Shown: positions 10,699-18,757, counted from the first letter of the stretch. The stretch is 18,757 nt of DNA from Bdellovibrionota bacterium (GCA_044352465.1 JBILDU010000059.1:1-18757), one strand, 5' to 3'. Notes: generated by a model from the letters alone, not told the origin. Program-made: numbers and translations.

Positions 10699-10835
10699 AG
10701 GGAGTCGTTTCAGTTATCTCCGACGCGTCACGTCGGGCGTTGACGCTCCGCTTCGGCGCCCGCAAGATTGAGGCAGCTAAGGTGCTGTTATCTATAAGTA
10801 TTTGGCGCCGAGCGTTCGGTCTTTAGAAAAACAGA

Positions 10836-11129
10836 GTGAAGACCGTCAATCCATTCATGACGCTCGTTATCGCCCTAATGGTTACGGCCCTCGCTTGGTT
10901 CACCGTGGTTAAGCCGTGGCGGGAATATTCCGCTGCCGCCGCTGAACGAGAGATGCGTCGGACTTATTCCCGCTTTAAGGCGGTCGCGGTAGCGAAATAC
11001 CACCCCGCATTTAAGGAGTATCCGGAGCTTCGTCGCCTCTCACTCGACGAGGTCAAGCGAATCTTTGACACCGAGCGCGCTTACCACGAGCTGCGGGTCG
11101 CGCACGTTCAGTCCGAGCGCTTTTTTTAG
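10836..11129 (+). CDS. Hypothetical small protein with N-terminal transmembrane helix
   Basis: 97 aa; hydrophobic FMTLVIALMVTALAWFTVV followed by a charged helical region. Candidate promoter TTGACG-17-CAAGAT at 10740-10768. No recognisable family. Confidence 0.6.
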   Translation: MKTVNPFMTLVIALMVTALAWFTVVKPWREYSAAAAEREMRRTYSRFKAVAVAKYHPAFKEYPELRRLSLDEVKRIFDTERAYHELRVAHVQSERFF

Positions 11130-11489
11130 TTCCTCCGGGGAGAAGCCTCGCAGAACCCTTTTCCCGTCGATTCGAATAAGTGGTACACCCCCCGCCCCGA
11201 GCCGCTGATACACCTCGATCCCTTTGGCATCATGCTCGACATCGTACTTTGTGTAGGGGACCTTGTAAGAGGAGAGAAAGCTTTCGAGCGCTCGACAGTA
11301 CGGGCACCACGCGGTGACAAAGATCTCCACCGATGGAATTGCGCGGGTAGTTGGTGTGTTGAGTGGCGGGAGTGATTCAACCGAGCGCCGCACGACAGGC
11401 GATGCTGCCGCTGGGTTCGCAGAGGCGGCCGAATGTGAGCCGACCAGCAACGCGATGCCAAAGAGAAGACCCCAGCCCCCAATTGTCAT
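11040..11489 (-). CDS. Exported or membrane-anchored glutaredoxin-domain (NrdH/Grx-like) protein
   Basis: VEIFVTAWCPYC active site, YDVE, GGVPLIRIDG..LRGFSPEEL. N-terminal signal-like segment and Pro/Thr linker. GAGGAG lies 11 nt upstream of ATG 11489 (alternative start GTG 11510). Confidence 0.88.
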   Translation of the reverse strand: MTIGGWGLLFGIALLVGSHSAASANPAAASPVVRRSVESLPPLNTPTTRAIPSVEIFVTAWCPYCRALESFLSSYKVPYTKYDVEHDAKGIEVYQRLGAGGVPLIRIDGKRVLRGFSPEELKKALGLNVRDPQLVVSALGVKDSLDLVE

Positions 11490-11761
11490 AAGCGTTGGCA
11501 CTCCTCGCACTCAATCAAAAAAGTTCATGTACTCGAAAGCCGGTCTCTCGGACGAAGCGCGCTTCGTTCTTGGTCTACTTCGCCTCCCAGACTCCTGCCC
11601 TCAGGCGAACGCGCTCCCAGCTATGAAAAGGCCGAGCCCGGGAGCTTTCTACGCGTCGCTCCAGAGTCCTGCGTCGTGCTCGTCTCCCGACCGAGAAGGA
11701 TCGTAAGGCAGCGAGCTTGATTTTAGCCATTTTTGAGGCGGCCTGTCACACGAGAAACTAT

Positions 11762-11791
11762 TTTAAAAATGCACCGGCGCCCATTTTTAAA
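11762..11791. promoter_or_regulatory. Inverted repeat (operator candidate) in the grx/cbs divergent region
   Basis: TTTAAAAATG-caccggcgcc-CATTTTTAAA, perfect 10-bp arms. Confidence 0.45.
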
Positions 11792-11894
11792 CACATCGAT
11801 GATTCCCTTGCCGCTCCGTTGTCAGGCGGCATATTATGTGGAGAATGCGTCGTTTGGCGGTAATCTTGCGATTCGTTCTCAAAGGAAGCGCCCC

Positions 11895-13271
11895 ATGAAA
11901 ATTTATAACACCGTGCTTGAAGCGATCGGAGGTACTCCGCTTGTTCGTCTCAATAAGATCGTGGAGAGGGATTCAGCTACGGTACTAGCGAAGTGTGAGT
12001 TTTTAAATCCGAGCGGATCGATAAAAGATCGAATGGCGTTGCATATCATTCGTGAGGCTGAGCGGACCGGTCAGCTCAAACCTGGGGGGACGATCGTTGA
12101 AAATACCTCAGGGAACACCGGGCTCGCCGTGGCGATGGTAGCCGCGGTGAAAGGGTACCGGTGCGTTTTTACGATGCCTGACAAGATGAGTCAGGAGAAG
12201 GTCAATATGTTGAAGGGTTTCGGTGCTGAGGTCGTGATCACGCCGACCGACGTTCCGGGTGATTCGCCCGACCATTACGTTGAGACCGCCAAGCGAATCG
12301 CTCGTGAGACTCCGGGGGCTTTTTATCTGAACCAGTATCACAATAAACTCAACATTGAGGCGCATTATCATTCGACCGGTAAGGAGCTTTGGGAGCAGAC
12401 CGATAATGGGGACGTCGATGCTGTCGTGATGGGTGTCGGTACCGGTGGCACTGCTTCCGGGGTGGGGCGTTACTTCAAAGAGCGCAAGAGCCGCGCGCGT
12501 ATCATCGGAGTCGATCCGATCGGGAGCATCCACTACAACTATTTCTACACCAAGACGATGGGTACGCCTCACGTCTATAAGGTCGAAGGGATTGGGGAGG
12601 ATATCCTTTGTGGTGCGATGGATTTTGATCAACTCGATGAGATCCGTCAGGTAAACGACAAGGAGTGCTTCGTAACGGCGCGGCGGCTCGTGCGGGAAGA
12701 GGGGCTATTCGCCGGGGGATCGTGCGGTGCAAGCGTTCATATCGCACTGCAGGTGGCACGTGAGATGGGACCGGGAAAGACGGTCGTGGCGATTTTGACC
12801 GATAGCGGCTCCCGCTATATCTCCAAATACCTCTCCGATGCGTGGATGCGTGACCATGGCTTTTTAGAGAATCTACCGGAGTTGGGCTACGTCAATGAGA
12901 TCTTGGAGCATCACCGTCGACCGGTCAAAACCGCACAAGGGGATGAGTCGGTTGGCGCGGTGATCGAACGGCTAAAGTCCGAGGGGATTTCGCAGGTACC
13001 GGTCGTCGACGGGAAGGGGATCCCGGTAGCGATGGTACACGAGCTCGATGTTCTCCGCGCCCTGCAGTCGGGGAAGGTTACCTTGCAGACAAAAGTCTCC
13101 GAGATAGCCCGGCCGATCGGCGGACTCATCTACCCCAAGGCGCGGATCGAAGAGCTCTTTAGGCTTTTTGAGCAGGATCACGTTGCGGTAGTTGTCGAGG
13201 AGCAAAAGCTCGTAGGGATAGTGTCAAAGATCGATGTCATCGATTTCATGTCGAGTAAGCAAGGGAAGTAG
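11895..13271 (+). CDS. cbs: Cystathionine beta-synthase (PLP fold II) with C-terminal CBS domains
   Basis: IGGTPLVRL, KCEFLNPSGSIKDR (PLP Lys), NTSGNTG, MPDKMSQEK, NQYHN, GVGTGGT, YKVEGIG, DSGSRYISK and a C-terminal CBS pair (GISQVPVVD, LVGIVSKID). ATG 11895 follows AAGGAAG. Confidence 0.9.
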   Translation: MKIYNTVLEAIGGTPLVRLNKIVERDSATVLAKCEFLNPSGSIKDRMALHIIREAERTGQLKPGGTIVENTSGNTGLAVAMVAAVKGYRCVFTMPDKMSQEKVNMLKGFGAEVVITPTDVPGDSPDHYVETAKRIARETPGAFYLNQYHNKLNIEAHYHSTGKELWEQTDNGDVDAVVMGVGTGGTASGVGRYFKERKSRARIIGVDPIGSIHYNYFYTKTMGTPHVYKVEGIGEDILCGAMDFDQLDEIRQVNDKECFVTARRLVREEGLFAGGSCGASVHIALQVAREMGPGKTVVAILTDSGSRYISKYLSDAWMRDHGFLENLPELGYVNEILEHHRRPVKTAQGDESVGAVIERLKSEGISQVPVVDGKGIPVAMVHELDVLRALQSGKVTLQTKVSEIARPIGGLIYPKARIEELFRLFEQDHVAVVVEEQKLVGIVSKIDVIDFMSSKQGK

Positions 13272-13274
13272 GAC

Positions 13275-14441
13275 ATGGCGAAGAGCGAAAGACCGATGAA
13301 GTTTGCAACCGCCGCTATCCACGCGGGTCAACGGCCCGACCCGACTACCGGGGCGATCATGACCCCGGTGTATCAGACCTCGACTTTCGTGCAGTCGAGC
13401 CCGGGGGTGTGTAAAGAGAATTATGATTACGCTCGCTCGGCGAATCCGACCCGCACGGCGCTCGAGGCTAATCTCGCGGCGCTTGAAGGCGGGAAGTTCG
13501 GGGTGTGCTTTTCCTCGGGATGCGCTGCGATGTCGGCGGTGCTCCATAGTTTAAAAAGCGGTGACCACGTTGTCTTGTGTGATGACGTGTATGGGGGGAC
13601 CTTTCGCCTTTTCGATAAGATTTTTCTGCAGTTCGGAGTCACCTATACCCTGGTCGACATGAGCGATCTGGAGAAGACTGCGGCAGCTTTTACGCCCCAT
13701 ACCAAGCTCGTATGGTTAGAGACGCCGACCAATCCGATGCTGAAGGTCATCGACATTCAAGCGGTGGCTGATATCGCCAAGGCGCATCGGGCGCTCGTGG
13801 CGGTTGATAACACCTTTGCGACCCCGTATCTCCAAAGCCCGTTGCAGCTCGGTGCTGATATCGTGTGTCACTCTTCAACGAAATATCTCGGAGGACACTC
13901 CGATGTCATCGGAGGGGTGCTTATCGTGAACGAGCCAGCGCTCGCCGATAAGCTGCACTACATTCAAAACGCTGTCGGTGGCGTGCCGGGACCATGGGAT
14001 TGTTTTCTCCTTTTGCGGTCGACCAAAACGCTGCCGATTCGGATGGAGCGGCATTGTGAGAATGCGATGAAGGTCGCAACCTATCTCGAGGGGCACCGGC
14101 TGATTGAGCGGGTATACTATCCGGGTCTCAAGTCTCATCCTCAACACGACATTGCGAGCCGTCAGATGCGGGGGTACGGAGGAATGATCAGTGCCGTTCT
14201 AAAAGGCGATCTGGCCACTTCCCGGCGTTTCCTCGAGCGGGTGCAGATCTTCTCGCTTGGTGAATCACTTGGAGGGGTAGAGTCTCTCATCGAGCATCCC
14301 GCAATAATGACCCACGCCTCCATCCCGGCGGAGAATCGGGCGAAGCTCGGTATCGTCGATGGTTTAGTGCGGTTCTCGGTAGGGATAGAGCATGTCGAAG
14401 ACCTCATCGCTGATATCGAGTACGGCCTTACGGGAGGATGA
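13275..14441 (+). CDS. Cystathionine gamma-lyase / gamma-synthase (MetB/MccB family, Cys/Met metabolism PLP enzyme)
   Basis: PVYQTSTF, YARSANPTR, DVYGGT, WLETPTNP, VDNTFATP, HSSTKYLGGHSD (PLP Lys), ESLGGVESL and RFSVGIE. Starts 3 nt after cbs. Confidence 0.93.
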   Translation: MAKSERPMKFATAAIHAGQRPDPTTGAIMTPVYQTSTFVQSSPGVCKENYDYARSANPTRTALEANLAALEGGKFGVCFSSGCAAMSAVLHSLKSGDHVVLCDDVYGGTFRLFDKIFLQFGVTYTLVDMSDLEKTAAAFTPHTKLVWLETPTNPMLKVIDIQAVADIAKAHRALVAVDNTFATPYLQSPLQLGADIVCHSSTKYLGGHSDVIGGVLIVNEPALADKLHYIQNAVGGVPGPWDCFLLLRSTKTLPIRMERHCENAMKVATYLEGHRLIERVYYPGLKSHPQHDIASRQMRGYGGMISAVLKGDLATSRRFLERVQIFSLGESLGGVESLIEHPAIMTHASIPAENRAKLGIVDGLVRFSVGIEHVEDLIADIEYGLTGG

Positions 14442-14447
14442 GCGCGG

Positions 14448-15416
14448 TTGAACCGTTTTCAGCGACTCATAACCGATATTTCGCGGAGTGCTCTCGGGCG
14501 GCTCGCTTTGTTTGTCGGGCTGGCGAGCGGTAGTCCGGCTTTAGCCCAACGGGAAGAGCCTTTTTTTAATCCGCGGTTCGAGGAGAAAAAACTGGAGGCG
14601 GCTCAGACGAAGAAGAAGATCGTCGTTCCGAGCTTTACCCGGCATATCAAGGTGATGCGGGAGATCTGTAAAGCCATCGCTATCGATGGTCGTCTGGAGG
14701 ACTATCAAAGAGTTGCGGGTGCACAGCCCGATTTCTCAATCGAATGCCCGACCTGTCGGCCGTTTTTCCGCATATGGTTCAGTAGTTGTCAGATCGGTGG
14801 GGTCGGTACGCTAAGGCTCTCTGCGCCGCAGGAGGCCACTCCGACGCCGGTAGCGACCGCAGTTGCGCCGGCCGCGGCTGCCCCGATGGTTGAGACACCT
14901 GAAGCTGCCGGGGAGGTTGGCGGCGCAGCTCCCTTATCCGATGAGCCGACCGTGGCACCTCCGTCAGTAGCTTCGCCGCCACACACCACGAGCACGCCCG
15001 AGACGCCTGCATCGGAGGCGGCTCCCTCCGATGACCAGGAGGAGGAGATAGCCGAGGAGGGCGAGGAAGAGGGGGGAGAGCCCACCCCCCTCCCCCCCCC
15101 CACCCCCCGTCCGATCGTGCCGGAGCGTGATCCTAACCTTGTCGTGCTGGACCTCGTGTCCCGACTCTTTCAAGACCTTGCAGAGGGGGAAGGGGCGGAA
15201 TTGACCCTCATGGCGGTCGATCTTTTCGTCAATGAACTTCGCAATCCAGAGGGCAAAAGCACCGCGGCGCTTGAATATTTCGATACCTTAGCTGAGTTCA
15301 TGTTGGCACCCTTTGAGTCGATACGGGAGGAGCTCCTACGGGCTCAGGCGGCCCAAAAGGGCGAGTCCCCCACCGCCGAGCCTGAGGAGAGCGTCAACGA
15401 GATGTTCGATTTCTGA
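14448..15416 (+). CDS. Hypothetical secreted protein with CxxC motif and long Pro/Ala/Glu-rich linker
   Basis: TTG start 6 nt after the preceding stop, GGAGG upstream. Signal-peptide-like N-terminus ending PALA|Q; four Cys including CPTC; low-complexity middle; helical acidic C-terminus. Confidence 0.7.
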   Translation: MNRFQRLITDISRSALGRLALFVGLASGSPALAQREEPFFNPRFEEKKLEAAQTKKKIVVPSFTRHIKVMREICKAIAIDGRLEDYQRVAGAQPDFSIECPTCRPFFRIWFSSCQIGGVGTLRLSAPQEATPTPVATAVAPAAAAPMVETPEAAGEVGGAAPLSDEPTVAPPSVASPPHTTSTPETPASEAAPSDDQEEEIAEEGEEEGGEPTPLPPPTPRPIVPERDPNLVVLDLVSRLFQDLAEGEGAELTLMAVDLFVNELRNPEGKSTAALEYFDTLAEFMLAPFESIREELLRAQAAQKGESPTAEPEESVNEMFDF

Positions 15417-15565
15417 TCGTGGCAGGGATGTTGTGGGAGGGGCGTCTTTTTAAAAATCTCCAGGGCTGCCGCGTGCATCGAAACGGATGCGCTCGGTTCT
15501 TGCTTTTGGTAGGGTATTGAAAGCATTGATAGTGGAGCGCGAAACTAGATTCGATCGGCGCTTCG

Positions 15566-16450
15566 ATGCACCTCCCACTCTCCACAAGCGATACGTTGGC
15601 CGCCACGTTGCGGCGCTTTGCCTACACGCGGGCGAACGGCAGTATCGAGCTGTGCTCACCGGCCGGTAGTCCCGTAGCTCTTATGCTCGTCTGCGGCAGG
15701 ATCGCCGCGATTGAGGCTCCGGGTTGGAACCTCGTTGAAGTTGTGATTCTGCGCTTACGCGAGGGGGGCAGGATTCCCCAGTCCCTCCCGTTGCCCGTTT
15801 TTACCATCGATAGTCTTTTTAAGGCCCTTCAAGAGACCTCCACCCTATCGACGGCGATAGATGAGGTTTTCTTTCGGCGGGTAGTTCGAGAGGTCACGCT
15901 CGATAAGCTTCTTGACCTCGGTATCGCCCGTGCGACGGTGAGTGGCAGCGGTGCTCTGCGCGGCGACATCTCCCCAACGTTCTCGCCAGCGCTCGATACC
16001 GAGGATCTGCGCTATGACCTCGAAGGGTTCGGTCGCGATGCGGCTCGTTTCGAGAAAATTTTCCCCCCCCACTCGGTCATTGAAAGGGTCCCGGCAGGAT
16101 CGCCCCGCCTCTCTGCCGTTGAGCAGGGGATACTGAATCTTTTGGGTGAAGCACTCGAGGTTGATTCACTCTTTCGGCAGGCGCTCTTGAGCCGTATTCG
16201 CTTCTACGAGGGGCTCTTGAGTCTTTTTGACCGTCGCCTCATCGCCGTTCGAAATATCGAGGAGCTTGATCCCGCCGCAGTATTCGGGGGAAAAATCGGT
16301 TCGGTCATCGACGCAGCGGTAGAGGTGGAGGTCGTCGCTCAAGAGATCGCTGCAGCCGCGATGATTCAAAAAGCTGAGACCACGCTCCTTGAGACCTCGC
16401 TTTCACCGAGAAATATCGTCGCACTCTTTCGGCGACTTGCCGGGGGATAG
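15566..16450 (+). CDS. Hypothetical protein, DUF4388/PatA-N-like
   Basis: N-terminal pattern (L..LRR....ANGSIEL....VALMLVCGRIAAIE...LILRLREGGRI) and the later LSAVEQGILNLLG...VDSL....LSR..FYEGLLSLFDRRLI winged-helix-like segment resemble DUF4388 proteins. Family assigned by eye. Confidence 0.6.
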   Translation: MHLPLSTSDTLAATLRRFAYTRANGSIELCSPAGSPVALMLVCGRIAAIEAPGWNLVEVVILRLREGGRIPQSLPLPVFTIDSLFKALQETSTLSTAIDEVFFRRVVREVTLDKLLDLGIARATVSGSGALRGDISPTFSPALDTEDLRYDLEGFGRDAARFEKIFPPHSVIERVPAGSPRLSAVEQGILNLLGEALEVDSLFRQALLSRIRFYEGLLSLFDRRLIAVRNIEELDPAAVFGGKIGSVIDAAVEVEVVAQEIAAAAMIQKAETTLLETSLSPRNIVALFRRLAGG

Positions 16451-16593
16451 CGGCACCCCGCGTTGGGCCCATCTCCGCTACCTCAAGAGAAGAACTCTTT
16501 TTCCAGTCGCAAGGGGTGTGGGCGTATGGTGCTCGGATTTTTGAGCCGGAGTTCGGCGGCACGGTGGTGGTAGCAAAATTCCCCCGATCGGTT

Positions 16594-16620
16594 GTATAAA
16601 TGGCGCCGGTGCCTTTATAC
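16594..16620. promoter_or_regulatory. Inverted repeat immediately upstream of radD
   Basis: GTATAAA-tggcgccggtgcc-TTTATAC; contains a TATAAA -10-like hexamer and ends 17 nt before the GTG. Confidence 0.45.
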
Positions 16621-16637
16621 GAAGACTACTATCTGCC

Positions 16638-18365
16638 GTGTATACACTTCGTCCGTATCAAGATGGGGCTGTTCAAGCGACGCTCCGTCACTTCCGTCGC
16701 TCGCGTGCGCCAGCGATAGTTGTCCTGCCGACCGGTGCTGGGAAGAGCCTCGTGATCGCCGAATTGGCCCGGCTTGCGCGGGGGCGCGTCTTAGTGCTTG
16801 CCCACGTCAAAGAGCTCGTTGAACAAAATCATGCAAAGTACATCGGCTATGGCCTCACCGCGGGGATATATTCAGCCGGCCTCAATCAGAAGGATACCGC
16901 CACAAAGGTGATTTTCGGGAGCATCCAGTCAGTTGCTCGCGCGGAGAGCGATTTTTTCGATGATTTCTCCCTTCTGGTGATCGATGAGTGCCACCGGGTG
17001 TCAGGGGAGGAGGGTACTCAGTACTCCGCGGTGATCGACCGAATCCGCGCCTCGAATAAAGAGGTGTGTATTCTGGGCTTAACGGCGACCCCGTATCGGC
17101 TGGATACGGGGTGGATTTATCGCTATCACGTCGACGGCCATCTGCGTACGAGCGAGGATCGTTTTTTTAGCCGGTGCATCTATGAGCTCAGCCTTGAGTC
17201 GATGATCGCGGCGGGATATCTCACGCCGCCGGTTCAGATCGATGCTCCGGTTGCAAGTTACGACTTCTCGGCGTTGACCCGCGAGACCGGTCGGCGCCGC
17301 TTTAGTCTCGCCGAGATCGAGCTGATTCTGAAGGATCAAACGCGCGTTACTCCCGTCATCATCCACAATATCGTCGAGGTCTCTAAGGACCGTCAGGGGG
17401 TGCTCATTTTCACCTCATCGGTGCGCCATGCCGAGGAGATCTTGTCGTATCTGCCGGCGTCGGAGTCAGCCATCGTCCTGGGAGACACTCCATCGGAGGA
17501 GCGAGATGCAATTGTTGCGGGCTTTAAAGCCCGACGGATCAAATACCTCGTGAACGTCTCCGTGCTCACGACGGGATTCGATGCTCCCCACGTGGATGTC
17601 ATCGCTATTTTGCGCCCTACTGAATCGGTGAGCCTTTATCAGCAGATCGTGGGACGGGGGCTCCGCCTCTTTGCGGGGAAGACCGATTGCTTGGTACTCG
17701 ATTACACCGGAGTACCGCACGATATTTTTGCGCCCGAGATCCACGAGCGTCAACCCGTGGGTGGAGCGGTGCCGGTTAAAGTGGCCTGTCCAGACTGCTC
17801 CCATGAGAACACCTTTTGGGGAGTGACGAACGAAGCGGGTGAGGTCGTGGAACACTTTGGGGAGACGTGCAAAGGCGCGACGGAAGATCTCCAGACCGGT
17901 GGAATCGTTCCGTGTGGCTTTCGTTATCGGTTCAAGGCTTGTGAGCGCTGCGACCGTGAGAACGACATGGGAGCGAAGCGGTGCGCGGGGTGTGGTGCTC
18001 CCTTCAAAGATAATGAGACCAAATTGCGGGAGTGGATGGCGCTCAAAGACACCCATGTGATGCGTCCCGATTCGATGATGTTTGAGCGAAAGATCGACAA
18101 GAAGGGGTGCGAGCGATTAGAGATTCGGTATTATGATTTACAGGGTCAGCATTTAAGCGAGATCTTTTTCTTTGAAAATCCAAACGATGCCAAGATTTTT
18201 TTCTACAACTTTGTCCGGATGCACCTGCGGTTACCCGGTGTGCGGCTCCAGATTCAATCGATAGAAGAAGCACTTCTTCATCGCGACAAGTTTCGTCTGC
18301 CCCTTTTCGTCATCGCTCGAAAACAGGAGAAATACTGGCGCATCAGAGAAAAGCTTTTTCTGTAG
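16638..18365 (+). CDS. radD: SF2 DEAD/DEAH-box DNA repair helicase RadD (YejH)
   Basis: TLRPYQ, LPTGAGKS, AHVKELVEQN, DECH, GLTATP, VLTTGFDAP, QIVGRGLR and a Cys-rich Zn region (CPDC..C..C..CERC..CAGC). The C-terminal YWRIREKLF follows the E. coli YejH architecture. Confidence 0.93.
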   Translation: MYTLRPYQDGAVQATLRHFRRSRAPAIVVLPTGAGKSLVIAELARLARGRVLVLAHVKELVEQNHAKYIGYGLTAGIYSAGLNQKDTATKVIFGSIQSVARAESDFFDDFSLLVIDECHRVSGEEGTQYSAVIDRIRASNKEVCILGLTATPYRLDTGWIYRYHVDGHLRTSEDRFFSRCIYELSLESMIAAGYLTPPVQIDAPVASYDFSALTRETGRRRFSLAEIELILKDQTRVTPVIIHNIVEVSKDRQGVLIFTSSVRHAEEILSYLPASESAIVLGDTPSEERDAIVAGFKARRIKYLVNVSVLTTGFDAPHVDVIAILRPTESVSLYQQIVGRGLRLFAGKTDCLVLDYTGVPHDIFAPEIHERQPVGGAVPVKVACPDCSHENTFWGVTNEAGEVVEHFGETCKGATEDLQTGGIVPCGFRYRFKACERCDRENDMGAKRCAGCGAPFKDNETKLREWMALKDTHVMRPDSMMFERKIDKKGCERLEIRYYDLQGQHLSEIFFFENPNDAKIFFYNFVRMHLRLPGVRLQIQSIEEALLHRDKFRLPLFVIARKQEKYWRIREKLFL

Positions 18366-18475
18366 TGAGCACCAACACCGGAAGCCTTTCAAAAGGCGGT
18401 AGCTTCGATCGCGGAGGAGACCCCCCCCCAAAAAAAAAGTCTTATCCAAGTTCGCGACGGTGCAAAGCGTACGAG

Positions 18476-18757
18476 TTAGGGGGCAAAGATCTTCTTGAGC
18501 GAGGCGCGCATTGCTTCTTGAATCTGTCCGGTAGCCGTCGGGTAAGCCCCTTCACAGCTCAAAGTAGCACGGGGCCAGAAGTTCAGAGCGGTCCAGAGGG
18601 TCTCCTTTGGTGAGCAGATAAACGTTTCCCAGTTTCCGTAGTTCGGTACCGCACTTGCGGGGAGTTCCCGGGAGGGGCCGGTTGCTGATGCTGCCGGCAG
18701 TGTGCGGATGAATCCGAGTTCGGAGTTTACCCCCGGACCTCCGTATGGCGCGGTGAG
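18476..18757 (-). CDS. 3' end of an unknown gene entering from the right edge
   Basis: Minus frame is open from 18757 to TAA at 18478-18476: LTAPYGGPGVNSELGFIRTLPAASATG...NYGNWETFICSPKETLWTALNFWPRATLSCEGAYPTATGQIQEAMRASLKKIFAP*. Absent from the ORF track because its start lies outside the window. Confidence 0.55.
   Translation of the reverse strand, partial: LTAPYGGPGVNSELGFIRTLPAASATGPSRELPASAVPNYGNWETFICSPKETLWTALNFWPRATLSCEGAYPTATGQIQEAMRASLKKIFAP

Noticed and set aside
11575..11730. 51-aa Arg-rich minus-strand ORF (MAKIKLAALRSFSVGRRARRR...)
   Set aside because: No SD, composition typical of non-coding GC-rich frames, and no recognisable family.
11733..11894. N-terminal extension of CBS in the ORF track, and a possible SAM riboswitch upstream
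   Set aside because: Homology starts at MKIYN (11895) with an SD; no SAM-I/II consensus is visible.
14740..14760. CPTC as a cytochrome c heme-binding motif
   Set aside because: It is followed by Arg, not His, so it is not CxxCH.
15420..15435. Sigma54-like TGGCAG-N5-TTGT upstream of the DUF4388-like gene
   Set aside because: The conserved -12 GC is absent.
18365..18613. 82-aa plus-strand ORF after radD
   Set aside because: It runs through homopolymers and overlaps a more protein-like minus-strand frame.

Overview
This is a GC-rich bacterial chromosomal window made up mostly of housekeeping genes. The gene content suggests a deltaproteobacteria/Bdellovibrionota-like lineage (inference only). 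In order: partial tsaD and rsmA; a convergent secreted seven-repeat FG-GAP (integrin-alpha-like) protein; thiol peroxidase tpx; a small Xis/BldC-like HTH gene; a GT4 glycosyltransferase coupled to ligA; rpsO-pnp with a strong terminator; a small membrane ORF overlapping a convergent exported glutaredoxin; a cystathionine beta-synthase/gamma-lyase pair; a secreted Pro/Glu-rich CxxC protein; a DUF4388-like protein; RadD/YejH helicase; and the 3' end of an unknown minus-strand gene. I found no mobile element, CRISPR array, tRNA or rRNA. The best unexplained signals are non-coding. One is a ~160-nt rod-like, strand-specific RNA fold upstream of the HTH gene that would bury its Shine-Dalgarno, flanked by repeated GGGGAC..CTAAT motifs. 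The other is a palindromic element with an identical GCACCGGCGCC core upstream of both the cbs/grx region and radD. All folds and motifs were read by eye and not computed.
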